From the NCBI GenBank assembly GCA_003427395.1, contig BFEA01000001.1, positions 11,403,787-11,467,786 on the forward strand: a DNA stretch of 64,000 bases. Reading direction: 5' to 3'. The stretch is from Chara braunii. Taxonomy: Eukaryota > Plantae > Charophyceae. The notes under the pieces were generated by a model, which saw only the letters and a program-made list of their open reading frames with translations, was not told where the DNA came from and made no database searches. Shown in pieces: positions 1-11,238 of the stretch. The translations under genes and the position numbers were made by a program. How positions within the stretch are numbered: the first letter of the stretch is position 1; each line of letters opens with the position of its first letter.

Positions 1-56
1 GCGTGGTCGCAAAATAGCGAGAGGGAGAGGGAGGGAGGGAGCAGAGGAAAGACTCC

Positions 57-68
57 GCTCCGATACCA
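57..68 (-). promoter_or_regulatory. Primer-binding site (tRNA-iMet) of an LTR retrotransposon
   Basis: The minus strand reads ...CGTCACA-T-TGGTATCGGAGC: an LTR-terminal CA, 1 nt, then a near-canonical iMet PBS (TGGTATCAGAGC). Confidence 0.8.
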
Positions 69-69
69 A

Positions 70-995
70 TGTGACGCACGTGCAGGGGGCACGTGCGGAG
101 ATGGTGAGAGAGAGAAAGATGAGAGGGACACCCACACACGAAGCAGCAGCTGAGAGAAAGGTCCAGTCCGGCTCAATGAACGAATCAACATTTCAATGAA
201 TGAACCTACCGCCCTGGACCAAGGCCGAAATGATATATCGGCCTAGGTCCAGGTGCGGACATCCTGGTACCGGACCAGGGTCAGGCCAACGGCCTGAAAC
301 TGGTCCGGCCTCACTGCCGGGCCGGAGGGGTACCGCTCCACCTCCCCTAATGAACCTCTCAATCACGGTAATGCCACCTTGTGGTGGCGTTGTCCTGACT
401 GACCAGTGGCCGCTGTCCTGCCAAAACGCGCCCCGTTCAAACGGTAGCGAGCATGCCCGACAAGCAGACCCCCTTTACTACGCAGTACAACGAGAGGGGG
501 CAGCAAGGTGCTGCATGTCCAGCCTCGCCTTTCTGCAAAACATGGCCAGCGACAGTTTAATACAGCCCCCTACTCGGTAGTCATACCGCTGCACCCGTAA
601 TCCGAAGAGCGCCGGCCACCTCGAAGATAAACACCGAGACAAAAATTGTGAACCCAACAGCGATCCTGCAGATCTGAGCCGCTGCGAATATGCCGGCGTT
701 CGAGTCCAGCGGCAATCGTCACTCCTACTCCAACTACAACAGCAGCCTTACTACCCGGCAGTAATAGACTCTGAGCACACGACTATCCACAAAGTTATAG
801 TACTAGGCTGCCCGGCGCCCGCTAATCGTGCAGTTCGTAGGCTTAGCTTTGCCAAGCTTCGGTTCCCACTGGGCATGCATACATCCATCTCCTTGTAGAT
901 GATTGCAGCTTGCAGTCGGGGTAGCAGGTAAGTATCAGCCGCTCCCTTATTCCCATTCTCTCCTTCATTGACCCCCTTCGTCAATCTCCCTCACA
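70..995 (-). mobile_element. 5' LTR of an LTR retrotransposon whose internal region continues off the left edge; distal boundary uncertain
   Basis: TGTGACGC terminus at 70, adjacent to the PBS and identical to the solo-LTR terminus at 38325. A candidate other end is ...CCCTCACA at 995; alternatively the LTR runs to 3539. Confidence 0.5.
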
Positions 996-2348
996 CGGGT
1001 TCCCGCTCCTCAACATGCTCGTGCCTGCTCGTGCTCGTCTGCCCCTCTCGCCTTACGTTTTCTTACTTATGCATACCTGCGAATGAACCTCCCGCTGAGA
1101 CCCGGGAATCCGCATCAATTCAGGGGAGGCGACCATCTACACGAGCACAGTGGTCACGAGGAATGCCACCGCACAGTTCACCACTGCCACCAAAATGGAC
1201 ACCAAGTCTCAGCGCAGAAGTGAGTGTCGGAACGGAGGAGGGTGTTTATAACGGATCGTGCGATCAAGCAGATGGAGGACATCTTTGTGGTCCGATAGAC
1301 CATCCACGCAGTCGAGGGAAGGAAAGGAGAGGTGAGTGCGATGGAGGCGGTCAGTACCTAGTGACGATAGCGTATAGTGGTAGGCCCCCCCTCCACTACT
1401 CAACTCACTATAAGAAAGAAAAGGAAGCAAAAGAAAAAACAAAGGGAAATATAAGAATGAATTGTTCGCTGAAAACGGGGAAGGTTCATCCCCTCCCTTC
1501 TTCGACTTTCCTTCCAATGCGCATCCCCTACAATCTATACTTCCAGAGCTAACCCCCCAACGCTAGATTTAACACTGCCATCGCACTCATAGCGCCTAAA
1601 AACCCCATCTCAATACTTCACTTTGCCCGATTCTATAGAGATTTGGGCGAGATATCGAACCATATCGGACATCCGCTACCCCCGCGCACACTATTCGTCC
1701 TCTAACTATCTTCCTACTAACTCTTTACTACTTTCGACTTCATATTCGGGGTCGCCAGCCCCGAAAACCCCTATTTCGACCCTTTCCTCGCTCGATTCCA
1801 TTCGGAAACGAGCGAGGTACTCGTTTTTTTTTTTCTTTTCCTCCTTCACTCCCGCCATCTCCATAGCTCGGCACAGCTCTTCATCCTTATACCAACCAAC
1901 TCACTTACCTGTTGCAAAAGCTAACCTCACTATGATGTTCGCCCGGGGCCAAAACCCCGGGATAGCTTCTTCTTCTCTCGATTCCGTTCAGGATTCCCGA
2001 CCCTTCTTTCGTCACCTCCCTATGTCGAATGCACCCGGCGCGCTAACCCGTCCGGGTTCGCCCTCCATCTGTCCTTGCAGCTCCGCCTTACCTTCCGCTG
2101 CGCTGCCCTGCTTCCTCCCTGCTGCCTACCCGTACAGTCCCCGCACTCCCTTACTCCCTTACTCATGCCTCACAGTCCTAGCGCCCGTTACTTGCTGCCT
2201 CCCCGTACTGTCTCAGTACTCGCCCGTAGCTGCCCCTCCGCTCTTTTCGCTGTGTCGGGAATCGTTCGCTGGCCTGGGCCACAGTCCTTTTAGGTGTCTG
2301 CTAACACCCGCTCCCGCAATCGTGAGCCAACGATGGTCCTTATCCCCC

Positions 2349-2595
2349 ACTATTCTGAGGGGAGCCATCAGAGGAATCGGCTAACAGTTGGGTCGATTTT
2401 GCCTTCCGCCTGCACGCCCATATTCAATGGACGTATATGCACGGCACTGCCGTGGCAGCCTCTGCCGTGGTACCTCCGAGCCACAGCGCCCACTGGGTCT
2501 ACCGAGCCTACAGTGCCCGCGGCCAGTTCCCAATCTTTTGAGTCCCACAGACACGCTCTCTCCAAACCTCTCTCTGCAGGCCGCGACTGACGGGA
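2349..2595 (-). rRNA. Degenerate 25S/28S rRNA fragment (LR5-primer region), non-functional
   Basis: CTATTCTGAGGGGAGCCATCAGAGGAATCGGCTAACAGTTGGGTCGATT resembles the LSU reverse complement GCTATCCTGAGGGAAACTTCGGAGGGAACCAGCTACTAGATGGTTCGATT. Similarity continues to AGTTCCCAATCTTTTGAGTCCCACAG. Confidence 0.7.
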
Positions 2596-2654
2596 GCTGT
2601 ACCCTCCTGGCCATGGCTACCTGGATCTAACCCACACTTCCACGGGCCCCACAA

Positions 2655-2719
2655 TGGTCTTGGGTTGGTAGCAAACATCCAAATGAGAACTTTGAAGACC
2701 GAAGTGGGGAGGGGTTCCA
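2655..2719 (+). rRNA. Degenerate 25S/28S rRNA fragment
   Basis: TCTTGGGTTGGTAGCAAACATCCAAATGAGAACTTTGAAGACCGAAGTGGGGAGGGGTTCCA matches the conserved LSU core TCTTGGTGGTAGTAGCAAATATTCAAATGAGAACTTTGAAGGCCGAAG. Confidence 0.85.
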
Positions 2720-2736
2720 CAGGTGGGCTGCTACAA

Positions 2737-2962
2737 AGGCCCTTCCACAGTGGCTCGGATCACTCCTTCCGGGCACTGCTCACCCCTCTCTCGGGTTCCC
2801 GCGGGCATATGCATACTCAAACTTCACGGTCGATTTACGACCGGCAGGCGGTACACCTGCAAAAGGCTCGCACCCCTAGGCTTCTTTTTCGTCTTGTGGA
2901 TTGTTCTCTCTGTCCAGCTCGTATGCAGGCTGAGCTCCTTGGTCAGCAGTTCAAGACGGGCG
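2737..2962 (-). rRNA. Degenerate 25S/28S rRNA fragment (D3 to LR3 region)
   Basis: CTCCTTGGTCAGCAGTTCAAGACGGG resembles CTCCTTGGTCCGTGTTTCAAGACGGG (LR3 site). The upstream CTCTCGGGTTCCC...GACCGGCAGGCGGTACA is also LSU-like. Confidence 0.7.
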
Positions 2963-3539
2963 GGATAGAGATAATTCCGTCGGCACCCCGAACACGCAGG
3001 ACTCCGAACTCAGGTCCGCTTCCCGTTAGTCTAACGGTGTATCAACCGAACTGGCCCCGTCGGTCTCAGAACCGATCACCAGCAAAGGCAAAAATTAATA
3101 ATAAAACAAAAAAATAAAAAGTAAAAACGGAACACGGAACCTAAGTAACAACCGGGCCGACGCCCCGCCAGCCTTCGATGCCGCGCACCCTGTTTATCAT
3201 GCAGAAGTCTCACCGTTGTCGAGGCCGTCCTCCGCACGAGTGTGCGCGCATCCCATACCAATCAAAAAGAAAAACATCCTTTTAATCCTAGTTTAAATCA
3301 AACGTAAAAAATTCTGACCGGCGATCATGCCGGCTCTTCAATCATCAACAAATAAAAAAAATCACGCGCGCCTCAAGTCCGCGCGCCCACACACTCTTTA
3401 TCCTAGTCAACCATCCTGTCAGCCTTGACCACAGACGCAGCCGCGCCTCGCGCGGTATACTTAAACTTTAATCCAGACTTAATTTCTGTCACTTGCAAAA
3501 ACCAGGGCGGATACCTTTGTAAGGGTATTCACGCCTACA

Positions 3540-4250
3540 GCGTGGAGGAAGGGCATCTCATCTAGAGTAACCCCTACCGCCACCACCCAAAATGTGTCTT
3601 GATTGATAAGTTGTCTCCAATCTCGGATCTCCGTGAGAGTCATCCAAGCTTTGAATTTCGTCCGGTAGGTAACGACTCCCGAGTCAATAAAGTCTGATCT
3701 CTTCGCCAACATCCAGTCCGTGATTTTTGTGCCCTTGGGACATACGGAACCACATTCCGACTCTCAATCTTGATTTTACCTCTCTTGAGCTGTAAACCGA
3801 ACATCTCACCTCTTAGCCACACGTCCTCATATGCCCTAACCACATCCTCGTTTACGTTTTTCGGTAGGAAACGTGCCCCATCACGGAAGATCACCGTGAC
3901 AGTTGTTTTTTTAACCATTTCACCTTGATTTCGTCAAGGGACGAGTTCAAGGTGAACGTAACTTCCCTACCATCTATCTCCATTTCTCCAAGGTCGATAT
4001 TGGTTGGGAGTATGCCTTCTTCATAGCAAAGCTCTAATCATCTCCTTAACACATTCAATCTTGAAGCGATAGTCATATGGGACCTAAGCTCTGATATCAC
4101 TCACATCGTGAGGGTCAGGCTCGGCTTCCATACTCGAGTACCACATAACCGCTATTTGGTGTAAACTATCGTATGCCGACAAGGTATCAATAGCGATCAC
4201 TGATGTTTTGCAAGAACAACGACCAGAACAGGGCACAAACGGAAGTTGTC
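3540..4250 (-). pseudogene. LINE (L1/Tx1-like) ORF1 remnant
   Basis: The frameshifted peptide ...LDEIKVKW/KKTTVTVIFRDGARFLPKNVNEDVVRAYED...RGKIKIESRNVVPYV...FKAWMTLTEIRDWRQ...FWVVAVGV aligns with ORF1 of the LINE at 33377-34111 (QWLKEHTVIFAFEGSAKNL...KGTTHIEGRHMISYI...RLWMAKNE...VRVMAIRV). Confidence 0.75.
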
Positions 4251-4746
4251 TAGACGCTAGTATCATCGGTTATGGCATTCGCCATAGGCCTTTGTACCGC
4301 GATAGGCGAGGAGGTACCACTTGCAGCTGCAATTCCACAACGAAAGTGCTAGCCGCCGGTTACGCCTGCCAAGCGACAAGCATCGCCGGAGTTGAGCGCT
4401 GACGCGCCAACAAGAGCGCTAATTCGCGATCGTGCCCCACAATTATCCGACTTGTTTCAGTAATTGTTTTGGTATTTTCATGAGTTTTGTACTATAGGAA
4501 GTACACATCTGTAAATTTTCAGGACATTTAGCTGTGAATTTTTTTTTTTTTTAAATCACCAAAGATGGAGGTGTCGAAAACATGTTGGTGCACTCGCCAA
4601 TTTCAATTTCTTTTTATTTTTTTTATTTTTATTATTAATATTTATTGTTGTATTTTATTTTTACTTCCAATTCGGTAAGGCATTTGGATGTAATGCTAAG
4701 GTAAATATTGTTTATTTATTTTTTTGCATAACTTTTTTTTTTTTTT

Positions 4747-4778
<32 letters not shown>

Positions 4779-4789
4779 TGGTTGGGGGC

Positions 4790-4887
4790 GCATTCGGCCC
4801 GAACAGCCGAACGCATCCCCAAGAGGTCCAGTATGTTCCTGCATTTGGGTTCGGATATTCAGCTCATCCCGAACGTTGGACACCCTG
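4790..4887 (-). mobile_element. Terminus of a hAT-like DNA transposon with CCGAAC subterminal motifs
   Basis: The minus strand begins CAGGGTGTCCAACGTTCGGG, with clustered CCGAAC/GTTCGG motifs. A similar cluster lies at 21470-21785. Confidence 0.4.
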
Positions 4888-7464
4888 GTTATATTTATAA
4901 TTGAATATAGTTTTGCTGTGCATTTAAGTAATGAAAATAAATTGATCTCTTACATAAGTGTGTCATTTTTAATGAGTTGAATAAATAACATATTCTTATT
5001 TAAATTATAGACTTCATAATTTATTAAGAAATGATAGTCATATTTATACATTGATATATTTTAATAAATATATTTTAATAAATATATTTGATAAATAAAC
5101 TAATAAGTATTTAAAAATGCATCTAGGCTACCAAAGTGGTTCGTGGCCACTTACCCGACCATAAAAATAAATAAATAAAGAATAAATAATTTTAAGTTTA
5201 ATTTTTATTTTAAATTTGGTAACAAATTTCAATGTGATCTTAAGGTAAAACTTCTCGAGCTTATTTGTTTGCGTAACATAGTTTTTTTTTGGATTTTTTT
5301 TTGTTTTTTGTTGGGACCTTACATGGTCCTTGTATGGTGTCGAGCGCATCGGCCCCGCACAGGGCGGAACCCTCCCGGCTGTGTCACGCAGGAGTTGGTC
5401 TACTCGCGATACACATGGAACGTTCGCAAGTCACTCCGACCGAGTGCATCAGCCATACCCCTCGCAAACCCCTACGACAAGATAGGGCCTATGTGAGGTA
5501 CAACTTACCTCCACCTGTGGGAGCTATCACCTCCCGTCGGTGGGTGTATCCCCATCGAGCTACCAGTCTACAGTACGAAAGCTAATCGGTTGCAATCGCA
5601 GGGGTGGACCATTCACGAACATTTTTCGTACAATGTAGGATAGGGGGTACGTGCGATCCCACGCCTCTATCGGACCCTCACGTGAACCGACGCATTGGAC
5701 TCAGAGGGTTGGAGTCCCAAGGCCTGAATCGTCGTCGGTCGACTAGGAAGCTTCCCACTCACCACGCGTTACACCACGAGTAAAATATAAAAATAAAACA
5801 CGCCCACACCCACACACACACAGAATGACAAAAAAACAAAACAATACTTCTAGTCCCTTTAGTATCCAACCCATAACCTTCTGATACAGAAATCGGTTGA
5901 GCAACACGCGCGAGTCTTAGTATAAAAACCGCGTGGTTGCAGGGCCTTCTCATATCGACTAACAATGCAGACATACGCAAACAGTCGTCATGATGGTGTA
6001 CTATGTAGTACCCAAAATCATGCGGTCCTCGATAATCTTGAGGGTCGCGTTCGACATTCAAGTGTCGGCCGACACGCGCCTTGACGGATTAATCTCTCGG
6101 CGCTAGACAACCGCCAAGTGCGGTTGAGAACCACAACCTCTTCTGCACCCTGCGGAGAGTGGGTGGTACACAGGTTCATATGTGTGGTGACAATCGTCTC
6201 TTATTGCCGCCAGGAGACCAGCTCCATGATCCAGGGTTTGGAGAGAAGTCAAGGGGTTTGACTTTGACGACTGCCACCGACTCCNACGTCCAATNANAAA
6301 ANTANGTGTCGCCACTNGTANGNACCCTCGTACGNGTNCGGATTCNTNCTCTNNTTNCCGNACGCNNCTCGNACGCNNGGGGCCNCGNATGAGTTGTTGT
6401 TTTTTTTTTTTTTTTTTTAATCCGGTATTTTTTNTTTTTNTTTTTATCAAATTCTAATAAGGATTTGAAGATGATGCTCAGTCAAATGTTGCTTGTTTTG
6501 TGTTGCTGCATCACATAGTTTGTTTTCATATTTTTTTAATAACTTTTTTTTTTTTTTTCTGTACGGGGACGTACAAGGCGTATAGGTTTCTATACAGAAT
6601 TCGTACAAATATTACTTGTACGTTTCATACGGAAAGACCCCGTATGTGTACGTTATACAACGTAGATAAAAGTTAACAAGTAAAATCAATCCGAAAAATC
6701 ATCAACCATCCCGATACCCATATATCAAATCAAAACTCGAGATAAAAATAAAGAAAAAGAAACATAAACCCATCAGGTATGCAGATCACGCGACACATAG
6801 TTGTCATTCTCACTACCTCCAAGGTACGACTCATATATCAAGTTCCAAATACTTACCTCCATAAGACACAAACACATACGATAGTCACATTGCCTTACAC
6901 AATTGTTGTAAACTTTACTGTTCCTTGTAACTTACACCACGCCCTGCACTCTGAAGCCTTAACCATTGTCAAACTTTTCATAAAATTCTCATAAGTTCTT
7001 TATAATGACCATTAAAAGAAGTTTGGTTAAAACCCTCAAAGAAACATATCAAATCTCAGGGCTAAGGCATCAAGCTGAGGTACAAGTATAAGCAAAGTTG
7101 TGTTGTAAGCCAATGAATCGGCGATCAACCAACTGACCTATTTTCAGTGATAACAGTGTTATCAGTGATAACCGAAGATGATCATCGTAGGATCAAGCTG
7201 AAACTAGTCCAATCTTGAATTGAATCAATCAACGAAATACCTGTAACGCAAGATAGGTCAATTTCGAGACTAAGTTTATAATTGTATGAAGCATAAGCCC
7301 CCATGACACATTCCCCCTCAAGGCTCTCTTGATAACCAAGCCTAAATCTACTTCTAAGTCAGTCCTCAAAGAAAAGGTAGACCTATGACCAGATCTCACC
7401 TATACAGGGTGAATTCGTCAGAATCACTACCTGTCAAAATATAATTTATTTTTTTTTAACCAAA

Positions 7465-8005
7465 AACAATTCGGCAGCGCTTACTGTAGGACAAGTGTTT
7501 TTTCAAAATTTATACTAGCTCAAATACAAAAACTGAAATAGTATAGAAAGTCGAAATTTGTCTAACTCCCGTAATTAGTAAGAATTTGGGCAACATCTCC
7601 TTTAGAGAGGTAGACTTCCAAGATTTATACTGACTCGGATATTAACTCAAACTTAATATTTGAATGTTGTCGAGACAAAAACTAACTCTTTAGATTTGTG
7701 GAAATTTCGACAGCGCTTCTCGTAGAGAAAGAAGCTTTCTAGAATTTATACAAAACTAAATACTAAGTCTGAAAATAATATTGACTTTCGAAAGTCAAAT
7801 TTTGTTTAACTCCATGAATTCGTAAATGTGGGCAACACTTCTCCTAGAAAAGAAGGTTTTCCACATTCTTACTTAGTCAAATATAAACTTAGACAAAAAA
7901 CTGAACTTTGGAAATCAAATTTGACTAACTCCTTGGATTTGTAGAAATTTCGGCAGCGCTTCCCGTAGAGAAAGTAGCTTACCAAGATTTATACAAAGCC
8001 AAGTA
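7465..8005. repeat. Degenerate ~120-bp tandem repeat, about 5 units, alternating A/B types
   Basis: Unit anchors: CGGCAGCGC (7472), GGGCAACA (7588), CGACAGCGC (7708), GGGCAACA (7830), CGGCAGCGC (7951). Each is followed by similar TAG...TT(T)ATAC and TAACTC blocks. Confidence 0.8.
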
Positions 8006-8287
8006 TAACAAACGATCCAAAAAAATGCAAAAATTAACCTAAGTAAAAGAAAGTTAGCTAAAAAAATGCAGAAATTGAACAAACTCATATGACTCTAACA
8101 CTTGGCGAGCAACTAAAGAGACTGTCTGTTAAACTGAAACGCAGACTAAGTAGTAATCTCGCTCAGCTACATTCAAGGCCAAATCACAATATTAAGCACT
8201 CCAACCAGTCCAAAGTCAACCTTGTCAAACAATAGTTCATAGTTTTTCAATGATTTGTCCCTTATACCCAACTTACATAAGGCGTAA

Positions 8288-8955
8288 AGCTAAACCATCC
8301 TATCTTATGGAAACCTGTCTAGCTCAGCAATTAGATATACACAAACATAGGGCACTACAACATTTCTCTTCCTTGGTCATATGACTAGGCTATCCAACCT
8401 AGTCGCCCTAAACTATTTAAAATATTCAAATTATATATATTTGTCTGCACTTAGTCTTTTAAGGCAACATATGACTAAGCCGTTCAACTTAGATCAAAGT
8501 CCAGCTTGCCCCTTCTTGCCACAAACTTACTCTGAATCCATATTTTTTTCAGTTGGTGATAAACTATAGTAAGACCATTCAATCTTATGGAAACATGTCT
8601 GACTATTCTGTTCGTATATAAAATAGTATAGAAATATAAACAAATTTATCTCATTGGTTCCGGCATGTGCATGACTCCAGACCAGACCTCTCAATCTTAT
8701 GGAAACTTGTCTAGTCCTTCGCCTAAGTTCCCCTCATAATAGAACAAGAATAAGTCAATAAACATCAGAAACGTCAAATGACATAAAACGACCAAGCCAT
8801 CAAAACTTATGGAAACCTGCTTGGTCCATGAAAAAGTGGATCACAAACAACCCTCGCAAGTCAGAGGAATCAGACCATCCAATCTTATGGAAACTTGTCT
8901 GGTCCTCCAAGCATTCAAAAATAAACATAGCACTAGACCCTCCAAACTTATGCAG
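8288..8955. repeat. Interspaced array of 37-nt hairpin motifs (8-bp arms plus 21-nt conserved core CATCCAATCTTATGGAAACYT)
   Basis: Units at 8288-8324, 8568-8604, 8680-8716, 8790-8826 and 8868-8904, with a degenerate sixth at 8931. Confidence 0.8.
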
Positions 8956-10401
8956 TGGAGACTCTCTCAGCCTTTGGTTGACCCAGTCTAACAGATGCAA
9001 GACCATCTTCCGCTCATCTTTCCTCCCGATGCAACCCTTTTCACAATTTGCTTTCAGTCAGACAATAAAACTGAAACTGAGCTTGCGCATGCCTTCCTTT
9101 ACTTAAATCTGAGTTATATTTTGAAAGTCAAACTCAAAATTAATAACGAGGTATATGCAATACACTTCGTCAAACTGTAGAAGGATTTACAGATAAGAGT
9201 TAGAATTGGGTTTAGAGAAGGAGGATGAAACCTTTACCTCTCAGTTCCCTGCCGCCAGAACTCCTTCTGAGTTCCTGCAGAGCTTCCGGAATCGGTGCGC
9301 AAACTCCCCACAGAGTTTTGCCGCGGTCCTACGGGTTGCAATCCCGCCTGCCGCCTTCCTCTCGTAACCAGGATTAGACTGATATAAGAAATGCAGAAGA
9401 TAAGGGGTTTCAGACGCTCGAGAAACAAGAGAGGAACAAACTCAACTCTCAGGAGAGGGCCTCCTTACCTTCATGCGTCTGAGGACCCCGCAATAGCAGC
9501 CAGAACGAAGCAGCAACTTGATAAAGTGAAGTCAACCACCAGCTACAGACTCTCCGACGTCCTTCCAAGTCATAGCAATACTCCTCTTCAAGAGTTTGAT
9601 CACTCCCTTAGGTCACACTATGGTCCTCTTTGGCCAATCTGCCGCTATGCAACCAAGAAGGATGTGTTCAAATAGAGCACACTTTCATGCTCTATTCGAA
9701 CTGAGAGTCAAAAGTAGAAGCAACCTAGCGCGATGGTATGCACCGCGCGCGTAGCAACAAGGTACCATATAGTACCCTAGCAACAAGGTACCGCGCTACA
9801 TCACTACATATAAAACCCAGCGACATATGATGCAAAACAAGATACTGCATTGCGTAAGCTAGACGCAGGCATAACGTCATATAATCGACACACAACCAAG
9901 TTCTAGTCAAGTTACCCTCGGAGCATATCAGTCCGTTGCTGAAGATCACAGCAGCGATTCCGGGCTATCCTGCAGCAATGCATGTTCTAAACCTCGCAGC
10001 TAAAATCAACAGCTCGTCATCATGATAACTTGGCCCGTTTGAGCATTTAACAACAACGACTAAGGTAATTTGCAGATTGTTGGCCTTCTCTATAAGCAAG
10101 CACGTGCCTTCATACCTCGAAGCCCCAACTGCTTTCCGACTTTGTTCACCTCATGCGCTTGACCATAGTGCATCGGAGTAGGAGCCTTCACCGGTAAGTT
10201 ACTCTTCTTCAACAGGACTAGCAAAATCAAATAAACCTTCCCACATCACCTGGGAGGGTGCAGCCCTGTCTGCTGCATGCTCCAACCTCCTTTCGGTCAG
10301 GTATGCCATCCCTCCTCTTTATTCGTGCTCAGTTCAAAGCCAGATCGCAATGTTGTTATCATTTTTTTTTTTTTTTTTCCCTACGCTGTCCGCACCTCGT
10401 T

Positions 10402-10733
10402 TCTGCGCCAATTGCGAGCTAACTCAGATACCACAAGGGATGTCCTTTGATACAGACAGAAGGACGGTGGTCTTCGGAAGCCGACGTCCGCTAAGGCGTG
10501 CGCAACAACACGCCTGCTGGGTTGGTCAACTTTAGACCGAGCAACACCGAAGCGCACGACCTACGCACAATCGTAACGGCGATGCTAACACTTCGGTGAG
10601 TAAGGGGGCACGGGCCCACTACGAAACCTGCAGCGTGGACTAAGTGAAGCCGGTCCTGGTGCAGATTTTGGTGGTAGTAGCAAATATTCAAATGAGAACT
10701 TTAAAGGTCGTAGTGGAGGCAGGTTCTATCTGA
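10402..10733 (+). rRNA. Degenerate 25S/28S rRNA fragment (~330 nt)
   Basis: Collinear LSU motifs: GCTAACTCAGATACCACAAGGG, AGACAGAAGGACGGTGG, TCCGCTAAGGCGTGCGCAACAACACGCCTGC, GGTGCAGATTTTGGTGGTAGTAGCAAATATTCAAATGAGAACTTT. Confidence 0.9.
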
Positions 10734-10775
10734 CCCTGCCGCTGGGTCAGCCTGCCGCAAGGTCAAAACTGCAGC

Positions 10776-11078
10776 AACCTCCCACCGGTGCCCCCTGGCC
10801 TCGCCTAGCTCAGACATAATTCACCATCTTTCGTGTCCCAACAACCACGCTCACCCTCAAACCATCTCACAGCGGATCACCGTCTGCGGACGGTGCGCCC
10901 ACAGCAACCCTCGTCTCTCTTGGGCTGTAGTCCCACAGGCTCGCTCGGAATGTTCTCCAATTCCCTTCCACTTTTAGGCTACCGACGCTCTCCAATCGGG
11001 AAGCGAGGGAATCCACGACCACAGACCCCACAACTCCCATATCCGTTGACCTTTTCAATCCGTATTTCAACGTGGGAA
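10776..11078 (-). rRNA. Degenerate 25S/28S rRNA fragment (D3 to LR3 region) with an internal insertion
   Basis: CTGGCCTCGCCTAGCTCAGACATAATTCACCATCTTTCGTGTCCCAACA resembles CTGGCTTCGCCCCGCTCAGGCATAGTTCACCATCTTTCGGGTCCCAACA. It ends at TCCGTATTTCAA (LR3-like). Confidence 0.85.
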
Positions 11079-11203
11079 GGGTGAAGGAGTTTTCATTGGC
11101 ACCCTGTGTCCGGCGACATAGCAACTAAGCCAGTCCTGTTGGTCCCGACACCAGCCTCGAAACCGATCCTCGAGCCAAAATAGTAAACATAAAGTAGGAA
11201 TAC

Positions 11204-11238
<35 letters not shown>

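Larger units (their letters stand above)
996..3539 (-). mobile_element. Large LTR (rRNA-fragment-bearing family) inserted into a LINE ORF1; left boundary unresolved
   Basis: Ends ATACCTTTGTAAGGGTAT-N9-CA at 3539, the same terminal architecture as the end at 11471. LINE ORF1 homology stops at 3540. Segment 2650-3160 parallels 10650-11280. Confidence 0.6.

Noticed and set aside
8288-8955. CRISPR array
   Set aside because: Spacer lengths are very irregular (41-243 nt), the repeat arms vary, there are no cas genes and the context is a eukaryotic LTR. Kept as a hairpin array instead.
2349-11078. Functional rDNA locus
   Set aside because: The pieces are short, highly diverged and in both orientations, with no 18S, 5.8S or ITS.
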